This document shows, in pieces, positions 1 to 11,950 of a stretch of DNA of 64,000 nucleotides (its first letter is position 1; each line of letters opens with the position of its first letter). The translations under genes and the position numbers were made by a program. The stretch comes from Schmidtea nova (lineage: Eukaryota), in the NCBI GenBank assembly GCA_044892505.1, contig CM097882.1, positions 219,294,001 through 219,358,000 on the forward strand, in the 5' to 3' direction. A model generated the notes under the pieces. That model saw only the letters and a list, made by a program, of their open reading frames with translations. It had not been told where the DNA came from and did not search any database.

Positions 1-37
1 TCCATAGTTAACCAACCACCATCTTATTTAGAACACT

Positions 38-673
38 ATGGTGAAACTAGAGAATTTCCAAGAGAAGCCGATGATCGCGCACCCGATAAAGCTAGAGGAC
101 ACCATCCTTCGTAAGAAACGGCGCACCCGCTCCGTCATCCGACACAATACGATCATAAACGTCAGAGGAGAAAACGAAGCACCTCGAGAGGTGACAGAAA
201 TATCACGTCGCCACCTACGACGGTGGATGAGGGCCCATATGAGCTCAGCCGCTAACACCCCAGCTTGCGCGTTTGGACTACAGCTGCGGTGGGAAGGGGA
301 TACTGATTGGGTACTCTCCTCGGATCATAGCAAGCCGGAGAACCCCCGATGGTTCTATCAATTCTGCGATGAGTTACAGCAACCCCGCTGGCTGCTAAGT
401 ACCGGAACGATGACCGGAAAAGAGCTACACAAACTCGGATACACGCTGCTAGACAGGCCTCGGTGTCGCTACACTGAGGAAGTCTTCGCTTATTCCAATG
501 CGCCAGGAAGTGTTTCCGTGGAACAACATCCCGAGCCCAAGGAGCTTCGCCTCTGGGAGGTGTTTATCTACAAAGATAAGCTGAGTTGGGACCCAGCCCC
601 AGAAATGTATTGGGAGAATGGAATCCGTCGTGATGAGAATACCAGCGATCAGGAATTAAGACCCTTCCTCTAA
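38..673 (+). CDS. Orphan ORF A (211 aa) of an unidentified repeated element
   Basis: Intact ORF, visibly GC-richer than the flanks, followed by AATAAA (~721) and a GT-rich tract. A disrupted homolog lies at 46888-47395 (RWEGDTDW vs RWEGDPSW; PRWLL; LLDRPR vs LLDKPR; WENGIRR vs HDNGLRR). Confidence 0.6.
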   Translation: MVKLENFQEKPMIAHPIKLEDTILRKKRRTRSVIRHNTIINVRGENEAPREVTEISRRHLRRWMRAHMSSAANTPACAFGLQLRWEGDTDWVLSSDHSKPENPRWFYQFCDELQQPRWLLSTGTMTGKELHKLGYTLLDRPRCRYTEEVFAYSNAPGSVSVEQHPEPKELRLWEVFIYKDKLSWDPAPEMYWENGIRRDENTSDQELRPFL

Positions 674-808
674 ATCGCAAGGAAGTCGATCATTCGAAGA
701 AAGATGATATGTGTGTTAAAAATAAATGTATTCAATTTTTGGGTTTTGTTATGACTTTGTGAGCATGAGGTGATCTAAAAGTGAAACACCTGTTTAATAA
801 TAAAGATA

Positions 809-1429
809 GTGACGGAGAGAACAGACAAACCGTACATAACCCGATTAATGATACATTTTTCAGAAATGAGTGAACATTCAACTAAGAACCACAAACAAGA
901 GGCCAAAGAACATAAAGCACGATCGCGAGTCCTAGAAAACCGCTTGAGACAGCTCAACGACGAGCATCATCGAATTAAAACCACGTGGTTCAACCCAGAA
1001 AGGGTTAAAACCATCCTACAAGCCAGATATAGGGCAGAGCGAACAATCGAAGAGCAGGCGAGGGAGGTAACAGCCCTAAAGATGGAGCTGTCGAATTACT
1101 TGAGGGCATCAACCAAGGAGTTTATCACCGAGCAATTACGCCCAGTGATCAGGGCTAGCACCTTTAATCGGTGGGTCGACACAATATCGATGACGACAAG
1201 CACCCAAACGGAAATAGAAACCATCCCAATCACAACTACCCCAACGTCCCCAATAATTCTGGAAGGCTCGAAACGAACAAAGAGACGGAATCGCCTGGGA
1301 GCGAAGAAGCGTAGGGAAAGACGCGCATATGCAGATCGCGTAGGAATCGAGGTAGACTTGCTCAGTGGTCTATCCGAGCAAGAACTACTAAATGTAATCA
1401 GGCCCTCTGTATTATTAAACTATAAATAA
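809..1429 (+). CDS. Orphan ORF B (206 aa): coiled-coil-like N-terminus, STQT motif, Arg-rich C-terminus
   Basis: Intact ORF with AATAAA at the stop and a GT-rich tract downstream. Disrupted homologs at ~47640-48190 (+) and ~7255-7790 (-). Confidence 0.65.
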   Translation: MTERTDKPYITRLMIHFSEMSEHSTKNHKQEAKEHKARSRVLENRLRQLNDEHHRIKTTWFNPERVKTILQARYRAERTIEEQAREVTALKMELSNYLRASTKEFITEQLRPVIRASTFNRWVDTISMTTSTQTEIETIPITTTPTSPIILEGSKRTKRRNRLGAKKRRERRAYADRVGIEVDLLSGLSEQELLNVIRPSVLLNYK

Positions 1430-1559
1430 ATGTATAAAACGAATGATTCGACTTGTCTTGTTTGTGTGTGGAATGTCTGAGAATTGAATGTAACTAAAAC
1501 CCGGATTCATGAAGAACTGTAAATGCGCTAAGATTAAAATACCCTAGGACAAAAGGAAA

Positions 1560-1830
1560 GAGCATAAGTGGGACCGAAAGAAAGCCACAGACACCTTCTA
1601 TCGGTAGTGGTGGACCCGTGAATAAACAAGGGAATAGTAGCCGAAAGGTTGCTCACCTGCCTTGTCATTTCACAACGTTGACACAGCACCAACATGATGA
1701 GTAGTTAGGGATACATCATGGGTGTCAGCGGGGGAAATGTTTTTATGTTGGCGAGATCACCCTAACGTATAAAATCATAAGGATCTCAGTTGTCAATCCA
1801 ACCAACACACCAGCATTAAATTCGATTTCT
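1560..1830 (+). other. Conserved block downstream of ORF B, apparently non-coding
   Basis: Aligns by eye with 48310-48570 (cttctatcg..agtggtggacccgt, ttgctcacctgcct, accaacatgatg, cagcgggg, accctaa). Stops occur in all three plus frames of this otherwise intact copy. Confidence 0.5.
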
Positions 1831-2145
1831 ACCTTTGGTTTCCTCTACACGCTTCCTCCAAAAATCTTCTAGTTGTTTGAAAAATTCTGTTTATGCTTGA
1901 AATTTATCTTCGACCACTTTTGGCCTTGACAATTTGTCTTCGACCAACTGGGCAATTTGCTCTCAGTTTATATACTACTTTTTGTTGTCAACCCGTTGGC
2001 CTAATTGGATCTGTCGAAAAATAAATAATTAAATTTGTTTTACCGCCGACTAATTAAGTTTCTCTGCTAATGGGTTTTCGTCTCTTCCCGGAGCATCCTT
2101 GCTCATTCAATTTATTTCGATAATTAAATGATTTTATTGATGCCC

Positions 2146-2191
2146 CGGGTTTCCCACATCGCTCGGGTTTCCCATTGGCTCGGGTTTCCCA
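2146..2191. repeat. Three copies of cgggtttccca
   Basis: Copies at 2146, 2164 and 2181; possibly subterminal repeats of a DNA transposon remnant. Confidence 0.6.
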
Positions 2192-2753
2192 TAAGGCGAT
2201 TAATTATTTTTAATTAATTTGTATTTTCTTAATTTATCTTTCTGGGGACCCCTTTTTATTTTTATATACCCATATTTGAATTCGTTTCATCATTTGGCAT
2301 CCTCCCATACCAGTTTCCCCTGTTGAATCTTTATTTTTGAATTTTATAAATCTTTAATTAATGTTTGCACTTCAATTATTATTTTTCCAATTTTCGTATT
2401 TTTATCGATTTGCACATAGTTTTTGTGCTTTTTAATATTTTATTTCAAGTCTTTTCAGCCAACCCCAACACATTTAAGAAGTTAGTTTCAAAAGCTTTTT
2501 TCCTGATTAAAAAATAACCTTTAGATAAAGCTATCGGTTTGAAAGCTAAAGTTTGATGCCGTGAAAATGTATGTAGGAATATTTACAATTTAATGAAATA
2601 CTAAGAATGATTTATACTAAAATTTTAGAAGCTCGTCTTCCATATTAAAAACTCACGGACTGTGTATTAGATCAAACAGGAATAATCGATTTTATAATGA
2701 TTTTCTTGTTCACCATGTATCTAAAACTTAAAAATGTGCAAATTTTATTTTGA

Positions 2754-2891
2754 NNNNNNNNNNNNNNNNNNNNNNNNNNNNNNNNNNNNNNNNNNNNNNN
2801 NNNNNNNNNNNNNNNNNNNNNNNNNNNNNNNNNNNNNNNNNNNNNNNNNNNNNNNNNNNNNNNNNNNNNNNNNNNNNNNNNNNNNNNNNNN
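2754..2891. other. Assembly gap (N run); further gaps at 27273-27426, 51912-52227 and 52472-52845
   Basis: Runs of N in the sequence. Confidence 0.99.
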
Positions 2892-3547
2892 CTGTATCGA
2901 AATTTGACTCATCGTGCTCTATGCAAATTGAACAAAGACAATACACAACATAATAAATTTAATAAAAATCAAAACAAAAATTTGGCTTACAAATATAGTC
3001 AAAAACACTTTCAAATTTGATTTGCACTTCCATTTAATAGGGTGTAACCCAAAGAGAAATAGCATTCATGATTATACTTTGATTCATACTTTGACTTTGT
3101 TGGTTCTTTCACCTTTTAATATTTTATATTGACATGTTTTATCTTTTTTTCTTCGACCAAGTGACAACTGGCTAATAATTGCCAATTACTTAAAAGGGGT
3201 CCCCTTTCTTTTTTCTACATGTAATCTAATAATTAAATAAAAAAACAAAGACAATTTGATTAGAACGGCACCTCTTGCCTGTAATGCTCATCGTCTTCTT
3301 TAAAATTAAAAAGTATTTTATTATTTTATTGACAGCTCGGGGTTTCTACACAGCAATTAAATTAATATGTTTTTCTATTTTCATTTGTATTGATTAAATA
3401 ACTTTTCTGGGTTACCCAACATTATTTTTTTATTATTACCTTCGTATTTGTCTGACTATTTGCCATTCACTCATACGTTTCCCGCGAAAAATATTGATTG
3501 ATCCAATTTTTAATAAAATAATAAAAAGCGCCACTTATATAACCTTT

Positions 3548-3929
3548 GTACTATATATTTCAACAGACTGCCTGTCATCTTCAGGAAAAAAGACATCCAG
3601 AAAAAACACTAAGTATAATTCAATTTATTAAAACAAATTATAAAACATAATTACATTAATTTTAAATATTATTTTAAAAGTAAATTTTTAATTTATTTAA
3701 AATAAATCCAAAATCTTTAAAATTTATTAATAATCAAAATTTTGTTAATAATTAAAAAAATAATTTTTGGAATAATTTCTAATAAATTAAAAATATGCTT
3801 TTAAAATAATATTTAAATTTTATGTAATTATATTTTATAATTTGTTTTAATAAATTGAATTATACGTAGTGTTTTTTTCTGGATGTCTATTGCCTGAATA
3901 TGAAGAGAGTCTGTCGAAATATATAGTGC
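3548..3929. mobile_element. Foldback/MITE-like element with ~140-bp imperfect inverted arms
   Basis: Left arm gtactatatatttcaacagac...agacatccagaaaaaacact..gtataattcaatttattaaaacaaattataaaa is mirrored by ...aataaattgaattatacgtagtgtttttttctggatgtct...gtctgtcgaaatatatagtgc. Confidence 0.75.
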
Positions 3930-4223
3930 GGATGTTATGAGTGGAATTTTTCATTAATTATATCTTTGCATGCTTATTTATGTATTTATTTTAATTAATG
4001 TTTGAACTTTATTTATTACTTTTAAAATTTTGCTCTTTTTGTTCATTTTCACACGGTTGTCTCTGCTTTTAACTTTATTTTTCTTCGCCAATTTAAACAA
4101 CCCAGCATATAATCATATGTCGGTAACTCTAAGTTCTAGATTTCTGATTTTTTTCATTAGTAAAATATCATTATTATCTTAATGTTTGGATTGATTAATT
4201 ATACGGTGTTTTGATTTAGAGCC

Positions 4224-5135
4224 ATGTTTAATAACACACCTAAACCGTATAATGAGGTAATAGGTGTATTTATTTTTTAATTGGAAAATTTTAAATTAAT
4301 CTATATCTTTTTAGGTTGCCTGTCTTTTAGAATTGAATACCATTTAGAAAGAAATGAATTGCATGTCCTACAGATCTTTGGTGAAAGTCTTCGAAAGAAA
4401 AACAGTCAAGCTATTCTTAATCCTTTTATCGTTATTTATATATGGCCAGATAATATATGGCCAATGAAAACAAGTGTAATAAAAAAAACAAATTCTCCAA
4501 GATGGGACGAAGTGATCGTGTATGAACAATTCGATTTGGTCCAAATGAAGAGTAAGGCGCTTCATTTTAAAATCCAAACTTGGCAACAATTTAAACCAAA
4601 TGAGGTCATTGGTCACGTTGTACTACCTTTAAGGGTTATTAGTGGATTTCCAAAGGGGTTATTTGAAATGAACTTTGTAAAAAATTTACAGCCTGATTTG
4701 CAAATTAATCGTGGAGCAATCAAGTTGATTTTACTTTATAAAGACAATGAAAACGAAATCATCGTTACAATTCTGAAGGCTAATTTGATTTATCCGACAG
4801 CCTTTATAGCTGACCAATGTCAAGTATTTGTTAAAGTTTCAGTTTTCCATCCGAACATGCTCATTCAAAATAAGTTTAGTAGCATTCAGCGTGGCTCGTT
4901 CGAACCGGCTTGGAAAGAAAATTTAACTTTCAAAGTCCAACCGGAGAATATTTCAAAACTGTCTATTATAATTTCAATTCGCGAAGAAGGATTTTCGAAA
5001 GAAGGAAAATCGTTTGCTTATGTTGAATTGGGCCCAGAGCATTCAGAATCAAATAACACGCACTTGCGTACAATTATTAAAAAGCCTAACAAAATGGTTA
5101 CGCAATGGCATCAATTGATATCGAGTATTATGTAA
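4224..5135 (+). CDS. Tandem C2-domain synaptotagmin-like protein; join(4224..4263,4315..5135); upstream exons possible
   Basis: C2A (GCLSFRIEYHLERNELHV...TSVIKKTNSPRWDE) and C2B (RGAIKLILLY...FEPAWKENLTFKV...VTQWHQL). A 51-bp GT-AG intron restores the N-terminus; the track's TTG start lies in this intron. Confidence 0.8.
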
Positions 5136-5225
5136 TTTTTATTTCAAAGAGAAGATGAGTTTCTTTCTTTTTTGAAAATGAATTATTTTTTTATTTTTAA
5201 TTATAAATATGTTTGCTCATTTGAA

Positions 5226-5664
5226 AGCGACGGGCGTTGTGTATAAAGGACAGGGACGTAATCAGCGCAAGCTAGTGACTTGCGCTTACTAGGAATTCCT
5301 GGTTCAAGTGGAATAACTTCAATCCACTATTCCTAACACGATAGTGATTTAGTAGGTTGCCAGGCCATTTCTAGCTATGAATTAAACTCGCTGTTACTGC
5401 CATTGTAGCAGGACATATAAGGGCATTACAGACATGTTATTGTTCAATTTCATTTAGCTAAACGCTATCTATTCCTCTAAGAAGTCAGCATTTGCGTTAG
5501 AACACAAATGTACTATTTAGCATGTTAGAGTCTCGTTAGTTAACGGAATTAACCAGACAAATCGCTCCACCAACTAAGAACGGTCATGCACCACCACCCA
5601 CCGAATCAAGAAAGAGCTATCAATCTGTCAATCCTCACAGTGTCCGGACCGTGTGAGATTTCCC
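5226..5664 (-). pseudogene. 18S rRNA: 18S rRNA gene fragment (3' half), decayed
   Basis: Reverse complement of conserved SSU segments (gcgacgggcg.tgtgta.aaagg.cagggacg; ggaattaaccagacaaatcgctccaccaactaagaacgg; caatctgtcaatcct). It has substitutions at normally invariant sites and a ~13-nt deletion near 5409. Confidence 0.92.
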
Positions 5665-6479
5665 ATATATATATATACATAATTAATAATAACTGAAAAG
5701 TCAGCTCTTAGGTCTTTTGAAGACTTCATTAATATCATATTAGTATGTCTTTCTGAACAATCACCAATGTTATGATTAAACACTAACTAAATATAGGGAT
5801 TATAATGAGTATAGAGATGTGAGACCGCTGGTAAACAATGAGTTTTCCTCCGTATCTCTGTATAATTTTTTTAAAGAATGTTTGTTCATCAACGTTTATT
5901 TTAAGTGTATTACTAATGTGTAAAAGTTCTAATGATGGTTTGTGTACTACTCGTTTTAGTTTAGAAACTTAACCACTAGCTATTTGCTGCAACGCCACAT
6001 TAATAAAATAACTAATGGGTAGATACTCGCAGACTTATCACTGTTTCCAGAACTATATTTGACTGAGTATCTCAATGGGTTCAAGGGCTATCAATAAAAG
6101 ACATGTGTTCAATTCATTTTACGGTCTTCTTAATTTCAATGCTAAATCACAAACCATATTTTCCATAAGAGATTAATATAAATATTATACATCGACACTT
6201 GTTATTCTAACTATTAATAAATTGCTAAAATCACTATTTTCGAAATAATTTTCAAATCATTTCAAGTTTAACTAAAGATCTTTGTTGATGAAAATTAATT
6301 TTATTAAGTTTAATTAGGGCAATGTAAATAAGATATTAATAATATTTAATTAAGATAAGCAATTATGACAATCACGCAGGTAAAGACAAATAAAATTCAC
6401 ATTCATTATGTAGATCATAAAACAATTAATCTAATGTTAAATCAACTTGATTCGGCATTAGCGTCTTAAATTGATTCAA

Positions 6480-6850
6480 TAGACGAGATTCGCATCGACA
6501 CTTATTGTGAAATCTCTCTGATTTACTGACCCTTGCCTCTTGGTCATTATCGTTACTTGAATTTATTCTTCTGCTGGAAACATTTCCAACAAATTCATTG
6601 AGTTAAGTGAACTAATGGCCGCTGGCAATCTGTGCTCAACACAGAGTTTATTGACTTCACGAACCCTCTTCTGGATCGTGATTTGTAAAGCCCGTCGCTA
6701 CATAGCATCATTTTAGCTCTGTGTTCTCATTGTTTGGATTTGATTCTGATCGTTCTTCTTTTTCTTGACACAGAACCACGTTGCATCCATAAGTCTGCAT
6801 AGTTGAATAAACTTTTTGAGTCTTCGTTTAAATTTTTAGTTTTTCTTTAC
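6480..6850 (-). pseudogene. Distant ORF B-like remnant
   Basis: One frame with a few stops reads FKRRLKKFIQLCRLMDATWF..., compared with LENRLRQLNDEHHRIKTTWF in ORF B. Confidence 0.35.
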
Positions 6851-7254
6851 CAAAGATTCGTTTTCTCGATATCGAAATAAATCTTTACATAAAGCATCAA
6901 AATGAGACAAAAAACAATCTACCTTGTCATTTAAAACCGAGATTCGAGAGTTTTAAATTTTGCATCAGAAAATTCCATTGGTGAAGAGTTCGGAAAAAGT
7001 GTTGGCGTATTGGTGAGAATTTTTATTGCACTTAATTCAGTATGTGGCAAACTTCACAAACATAAAAAATGAATTTAATCCGCTATGATAACCGTGAAAT
7101 TTCCCTAGAACTATTTCACGTTGTTGATGTACCATACAGCGCATATCAAGCGAACTGGTGAGCGACCTGGATGATCACTACTGGATGATTACACTACGCT
7201 AACTGGGTATAAATTATAATTAAACAAAAAACAAAGTCAAACATCACATTTATT

Positions 7255-7790
7255 TATTAAAAACAGTGGGATAAATAGTTTCTAACGATTGCTCTTCCGT
7301 CAATTCGCTGAGCCAGTCGACTTGTACTCTGAGTTTGTCCAAATAAGCCCATCGTTTTACGGCGCCTAGCTCTCATACGGTTACGTCTTTTTACTTTCGT
7401 ACTCGTCGATGGTTTGTCGGCACAAGTACAGTTTGACTAGACTCTTTCGTTTCGGTAGTCCCGGCTAGATCAGTTTGCATTTCTTTTGTCATTGGCGCTT
7501 TGTTGTCACATTTCTTGAACGTAATTAAACGGATCACATATTCTACTAAAACGGAACTCAAACATGCTTTGAATTCACATTTTGTTCTCTGCAAGTTCCA
7601 ATGCCTGGTCATCGATTGTCCTCCGCAACCGCTCAATCTTTTAGAGACTACCTTTCATATTGACAGGCAAAATATAAGTTTTCCGGAGTCCCTCATCTCA
7701 TAGGCTTGTCTGGCGATTACTGCTTTGAGGTTATGGTTCTCTTGTTGTATCTCTCTGATCATTTGGTGGATCTTGCCCAACTTATTCCTT
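7255..7790 (-). pseudogene. Frameshifted ORF B homolog
   Basis: KEMQTD...KRRNRMRARRR, then after a frameshift RWAYLDKLRVQVDWLSELTEEQSLETIYPTV, compared with RRAYADRVGIEVDLLSGLSEQELLNVIRPSV. AATAAA and a GT-rich tract follow on the minus strand. Confidence 0.7.
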
Positions 7791-7929
7791 GGATCTCACA
7801 TTTCTATTGGAATAAACGAAATTTAAATATTTACCCACACATATTCTCAACATTCTAATTTTTTAGATAAAAATCACCTATGAAGTCCAATGTGCCTTGC
7901 AATACCAGCCATCTTCGCAGATGACACAT

Positions 7930-10900
7930 CTTCCTTTTGGTGGGTTGTTGACTGTCAATATGACCTTGACGTTGCTAAGACTCACATCAACAACTCAACA
8001 GATAAAACATTAGATTAACCATCTTGTTGCCCGTCACAATGTAACGTTGATAATGCAACAAATGTGTGGGTATTCGCAATCACTGAGCGTCGAAAAATCG
8101 AAACTATGATTAACCGAATATCTCCTGGGTCCAAGGGCTACCGATAGAAGGTTTAATGCCCCTTTTGTCCCTTCTTCAATAATTTAACTACGGATTTCCA
8201 TTCTAAATTGGCAAAATGAAATAATTTCATTAATAAAAATTTATTAATTAGTCCCATTCAATCATTTTACACAGTATTATCCAAATACATAAGAATATTC
8301 GTACTTTCATTTAATTCGCAAGCTCATACTCAAACATATTACCACAATCTCAATTCGGGGGTCAATTATACATATTTTCGGGGATACTCAATCATTATTT
8401 CTATCTACATGGTTAGTATTTTTGGAATTTTTTTCCCAATTATTATGATTTTACTATTTAAAATTCAAGTTAACTTTATTCATAACCTAATCCTATTGTC
8501 TATCTTGCTTGCCTAATAATCTTCAAAATTTTATTTAAATATAATATTTTAACTTTCAAAAATCTGCCGAGGCCCTAGCAACGGGTAACGACGAAAGTTC
8601 TCTCTATATTCAGTCTGATTTCTTAAAATTTGTTACGAATTTGACGTACTTTATTGTTATTTTTGGATGCAGAATTATATTTCAAATTAGGAAATAAAAC
8701 TTCGTTTGTCCTGTCGTGGGAATTACCTACGTTCCCCCGATGAAAGGATTTACTATACACATGAGAATGCAAATTTAAAGAACTCTGATTGGTCGGCTTA
8801 TATTATGGGAATTTAAATCCCATAATATACTTATCGATTCTCAGATAACTATTCTTGAACGAAAAATTCTTTATTACTTTGCAAAAGTCGACTGGTAAGG
8901 CAACTTAAATTTTTTAATTTAACGCCTTTCATTTATGCTCTAGATATTAGTACCAGCTAGGCTATGTGGAAGGAATTCTCAACCAAGACATTCGATAAAC
9001 ATGAAAGTAAACCTAATAAATATTTTGTTATCTCACAATTGTCAATTTTAATTTTAGAATAGAAGATATCTTACAATTGCCAATTTTTATTTTAGATTAG
9101 AAGATTTATGAGCCTTTCTGCTGGAATTTTGAAGTTTACTCTTATGGATCTAATTTTTTCACATTTTTCGCTTGTGATATTCGTTCATGTTGTGAGTGGT
9201 TATACAAAAAAAATAAAAGTTTTCTAATTTTGTTCTGACATTATCAAAGTTTTTCAATTATATTTTCTTTACACTTTTTATGTCGGAGTTTCACTTTATA
9301 CAACACTGAAAGCTGTAATATGGAATTGGTTATTCGGACAAGTTATGGATAATTCCTTTCTTATTAGGACTCAGTTTTATACGAAATTGATTTTTATTCT
9401 ACTAAAAGGATTTAGTCTGCTAGGGACCTTTCAATTGGTCATATATGATTTTAGCTCGATATATTCAGCTGCGTATTATCTTTCTGATGTGGGTAAGAAA
9501 CTAGATTGCCTTTGGATGAAATTGTTATTACCAGGGGGTATTGAGAGCTGGGGAAAGGGCTAGTGTTGGTGAAGCGAATTAACTTGAATACAATTGTAAA
9601 TGAACTGTTTTTGGTGTTTCATATTGTTGATGTATCATGCTGCTGAGGTGGGTGGTGCATGGGGGAGTGCATGGAGGTTGTATCAATGTATACTGTGATA
9701 TACCAATTTATATTCTCGAACAATTTCATAGGTTTACTGTGGGTTTTCTATGTAGTGTTTGTATGCAGGGATTGATATTGCGACAATAGGTAATTTACAA
9801 TGGATATGATTATGTGAGCGCTCATGGAGTATGTCTGGATGTACGATGCAGATAGGTACCATTGAGTGAAACAATGTATTGTGTGTGTGTTGGTAACTGA
9901 ATGGATTGTGTGGGGTAATATCAAATATAGAGAATGTTATTGAATGATATGGGTGTAATTTAATGTAAAGATTGTTTTATTGATTGTTTTGGGTTTTTGG
10001 GTGGGGAATTTATGAAAAGGGGGTTTTATATATGAAATAATTTTCTAATTTTTCGGAAATAATAAATTAAATTTAACATTTACCAAATTTTATAGATAAC
10101 TAAATTGGGAATTTTATGAAGTTATATATTTATAAATTGATTTTTACGATTTTATAAAATAATAATTTGACTTTAATATTTATAAATTTTCCTAAAATAA
10201 TTAAATTCAGAATTTTATGAATTCGTACAATGATAAAAATATTCGATTTATTATTTTCTATGTAAATTAGGAGACATTTAAATTAAAATTTTTATATAAT
10301 TCACAAATTAATAAAATTCCATATATAATAATTAATAAACATTATAAATTAAAATTTCCTAAATAAATAAAATAAAATTTGTCCACAGCTATACAAAATT
10401 TATAATAAAATTCTTGATTTGTAATTTTTCACAGGAATTTGAATCTACTTGACTGAAATTTTTAGAAGGTTTATAAAATTATAAAAGTTTTAGATTTAAG
10501 ATTTTCCTTCAATTACCATTCAAAATTGATTCTTTGTATCATAGTGTTTTCGATATCAAGTGTGGTGAATTTTAGTTTCATTCAAACGTGAATTCTTCGA
10601 ACAGAGTGCGCGCGAAGTTTTCGAGACAACTCACCTGAAAACTTCAGATTCCCAAAAGTAAAGTTCACTTGAGTAGATTATTATAAACAATTTTCGAATT
10701 GCTGAAGTTTAATTTAAATAAATCAATAGTTATTCGCATATTCTGTCACGATCTGAATACTTTTATCGATTGTTGAGCATTTACTTTGAACGATTTTCAT
10801 AGTTTCGACTTTCATTCGACTTGTAAGTTCTGATAAGATGAAAGGTTGTATATGAGAGCGAAGGCGAATAACGAGTTTGATATTTTTGTGCTGATAAAGT

Positions 10901-11950
10901 CAATTAAAATATCTATTGCAGAGTAACAAAGGCATGTTTTTTAGCCTGCATAATAGAAAAAAATTGAGAGCCTCACATATGTGTTTTGGAATTCCCGCAA
11001 AACCTTCGAATTCTGCAAGTTAGAAGCTGATTGATTGTTTCAGAAATTTCCAAAAATTTCACTTTCGCAGAAATTTCCCAAAATTTTCGAGCAAATTATT
11101 TTTTAAATTCTCGCAAATTCTCCATAATTTCTCTGCAAATTATGTACAAATTCTGTGAAAATTCTGATTCTCTCCATTTTGATGGCGCTATTTATCTAAT
11201 TTTCTGCATGTTATTTCCATTGAGGTGTTGGGCCAAAACTGCAAATTGTTTAAATAAAGCGGTAAAACATAAAGTAGAGAGCGCGCAAGATTCTAATTTA
11301 ACCAAAACATCAAGTAAAATCGAAGTAGTTAAGTGAAAACACACCAAAATATTAAAGCGGGCAAAGCGCACTAACAGGTAGAGAACGCGCGAAGTTCTAA
11401 TCTACAGCCCATAAACCAAAACATCAAGTAGAACAAATATTGGTTAAAAGAAGAACGTTTAAATAGCTAGAATAGGCGGAAAACACATTGAAGATCTCTT
11501 GGAGAACGCATTCACGTTATAAAACCTCGGTTGTGGAAATTTAGTATGTTTGCAGAAGGAAGATTACGATTTTATCTTAAAAATTTGTAAAATTATAAAA
11601 GAAAATGATTTTGATAGAAATTGCAACAAATTAAATCAAATTAGAATAAACTTTAATTCAAAAGTAAAATTTTGGATTAAAAAGAAATTATTTAAAGTTT
11701 TATGAAAATTTGATGTAAAATTATTAATTTAGTTTTGCGGAAAATTGTTGAAATTAATATCAAGAAAATTAGAAACTCCTTCTAGAACGATTTGTTTTAA
11801 TTCCTCAGTGGAATTAAAAATGCAAAAAAATTTATATATATACCGCCATCAAAATGAAGAAATTTAATGCTATTTTTGCAAAGGATTTGCGGAGGAATTT
11901 TGTAGCTAAAGATTTTGAGGTTTTTACCAGGGAAATTTTAACAACGAATC
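7930..11950. repeat. Left copy of a diverged ~4-kb repeat unit; inverted partner at ~14800-18303
   Basis: 7935-8160 is the reverse complement of 18090-18303. gatgcagataggtac.attgagtgaaac (~9845) is inverted near 16290-16320. taccgccatcaaaatg (~11841) is inverted near 15000. Boundaries are approximate. Confidence 0.6.
8799..8829. promoter_or_regulatory. Perfect 12-bp hairpin/palindrome next to an inverted CCAAT box
   Basis: tatattatggga-atttaaa-tcccataatata, with ctgattgg just upstream. A degenerate copy lies at ~17403-17430. Confidence 0.4.

Noticed and set aside
1693-1740. atgatgag as a hammerhead ribozyme core
   Set aside because: It is not CUGAUGA, no properly placed stem II/GAAA follows, and the second copy reads atgatgca.
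5226-5664. Functional 18S rRNA gene
   Set aside because: Only ~440 bp, with substitutions at invariant positions, an internal deletion and no ITS/28S nearby.
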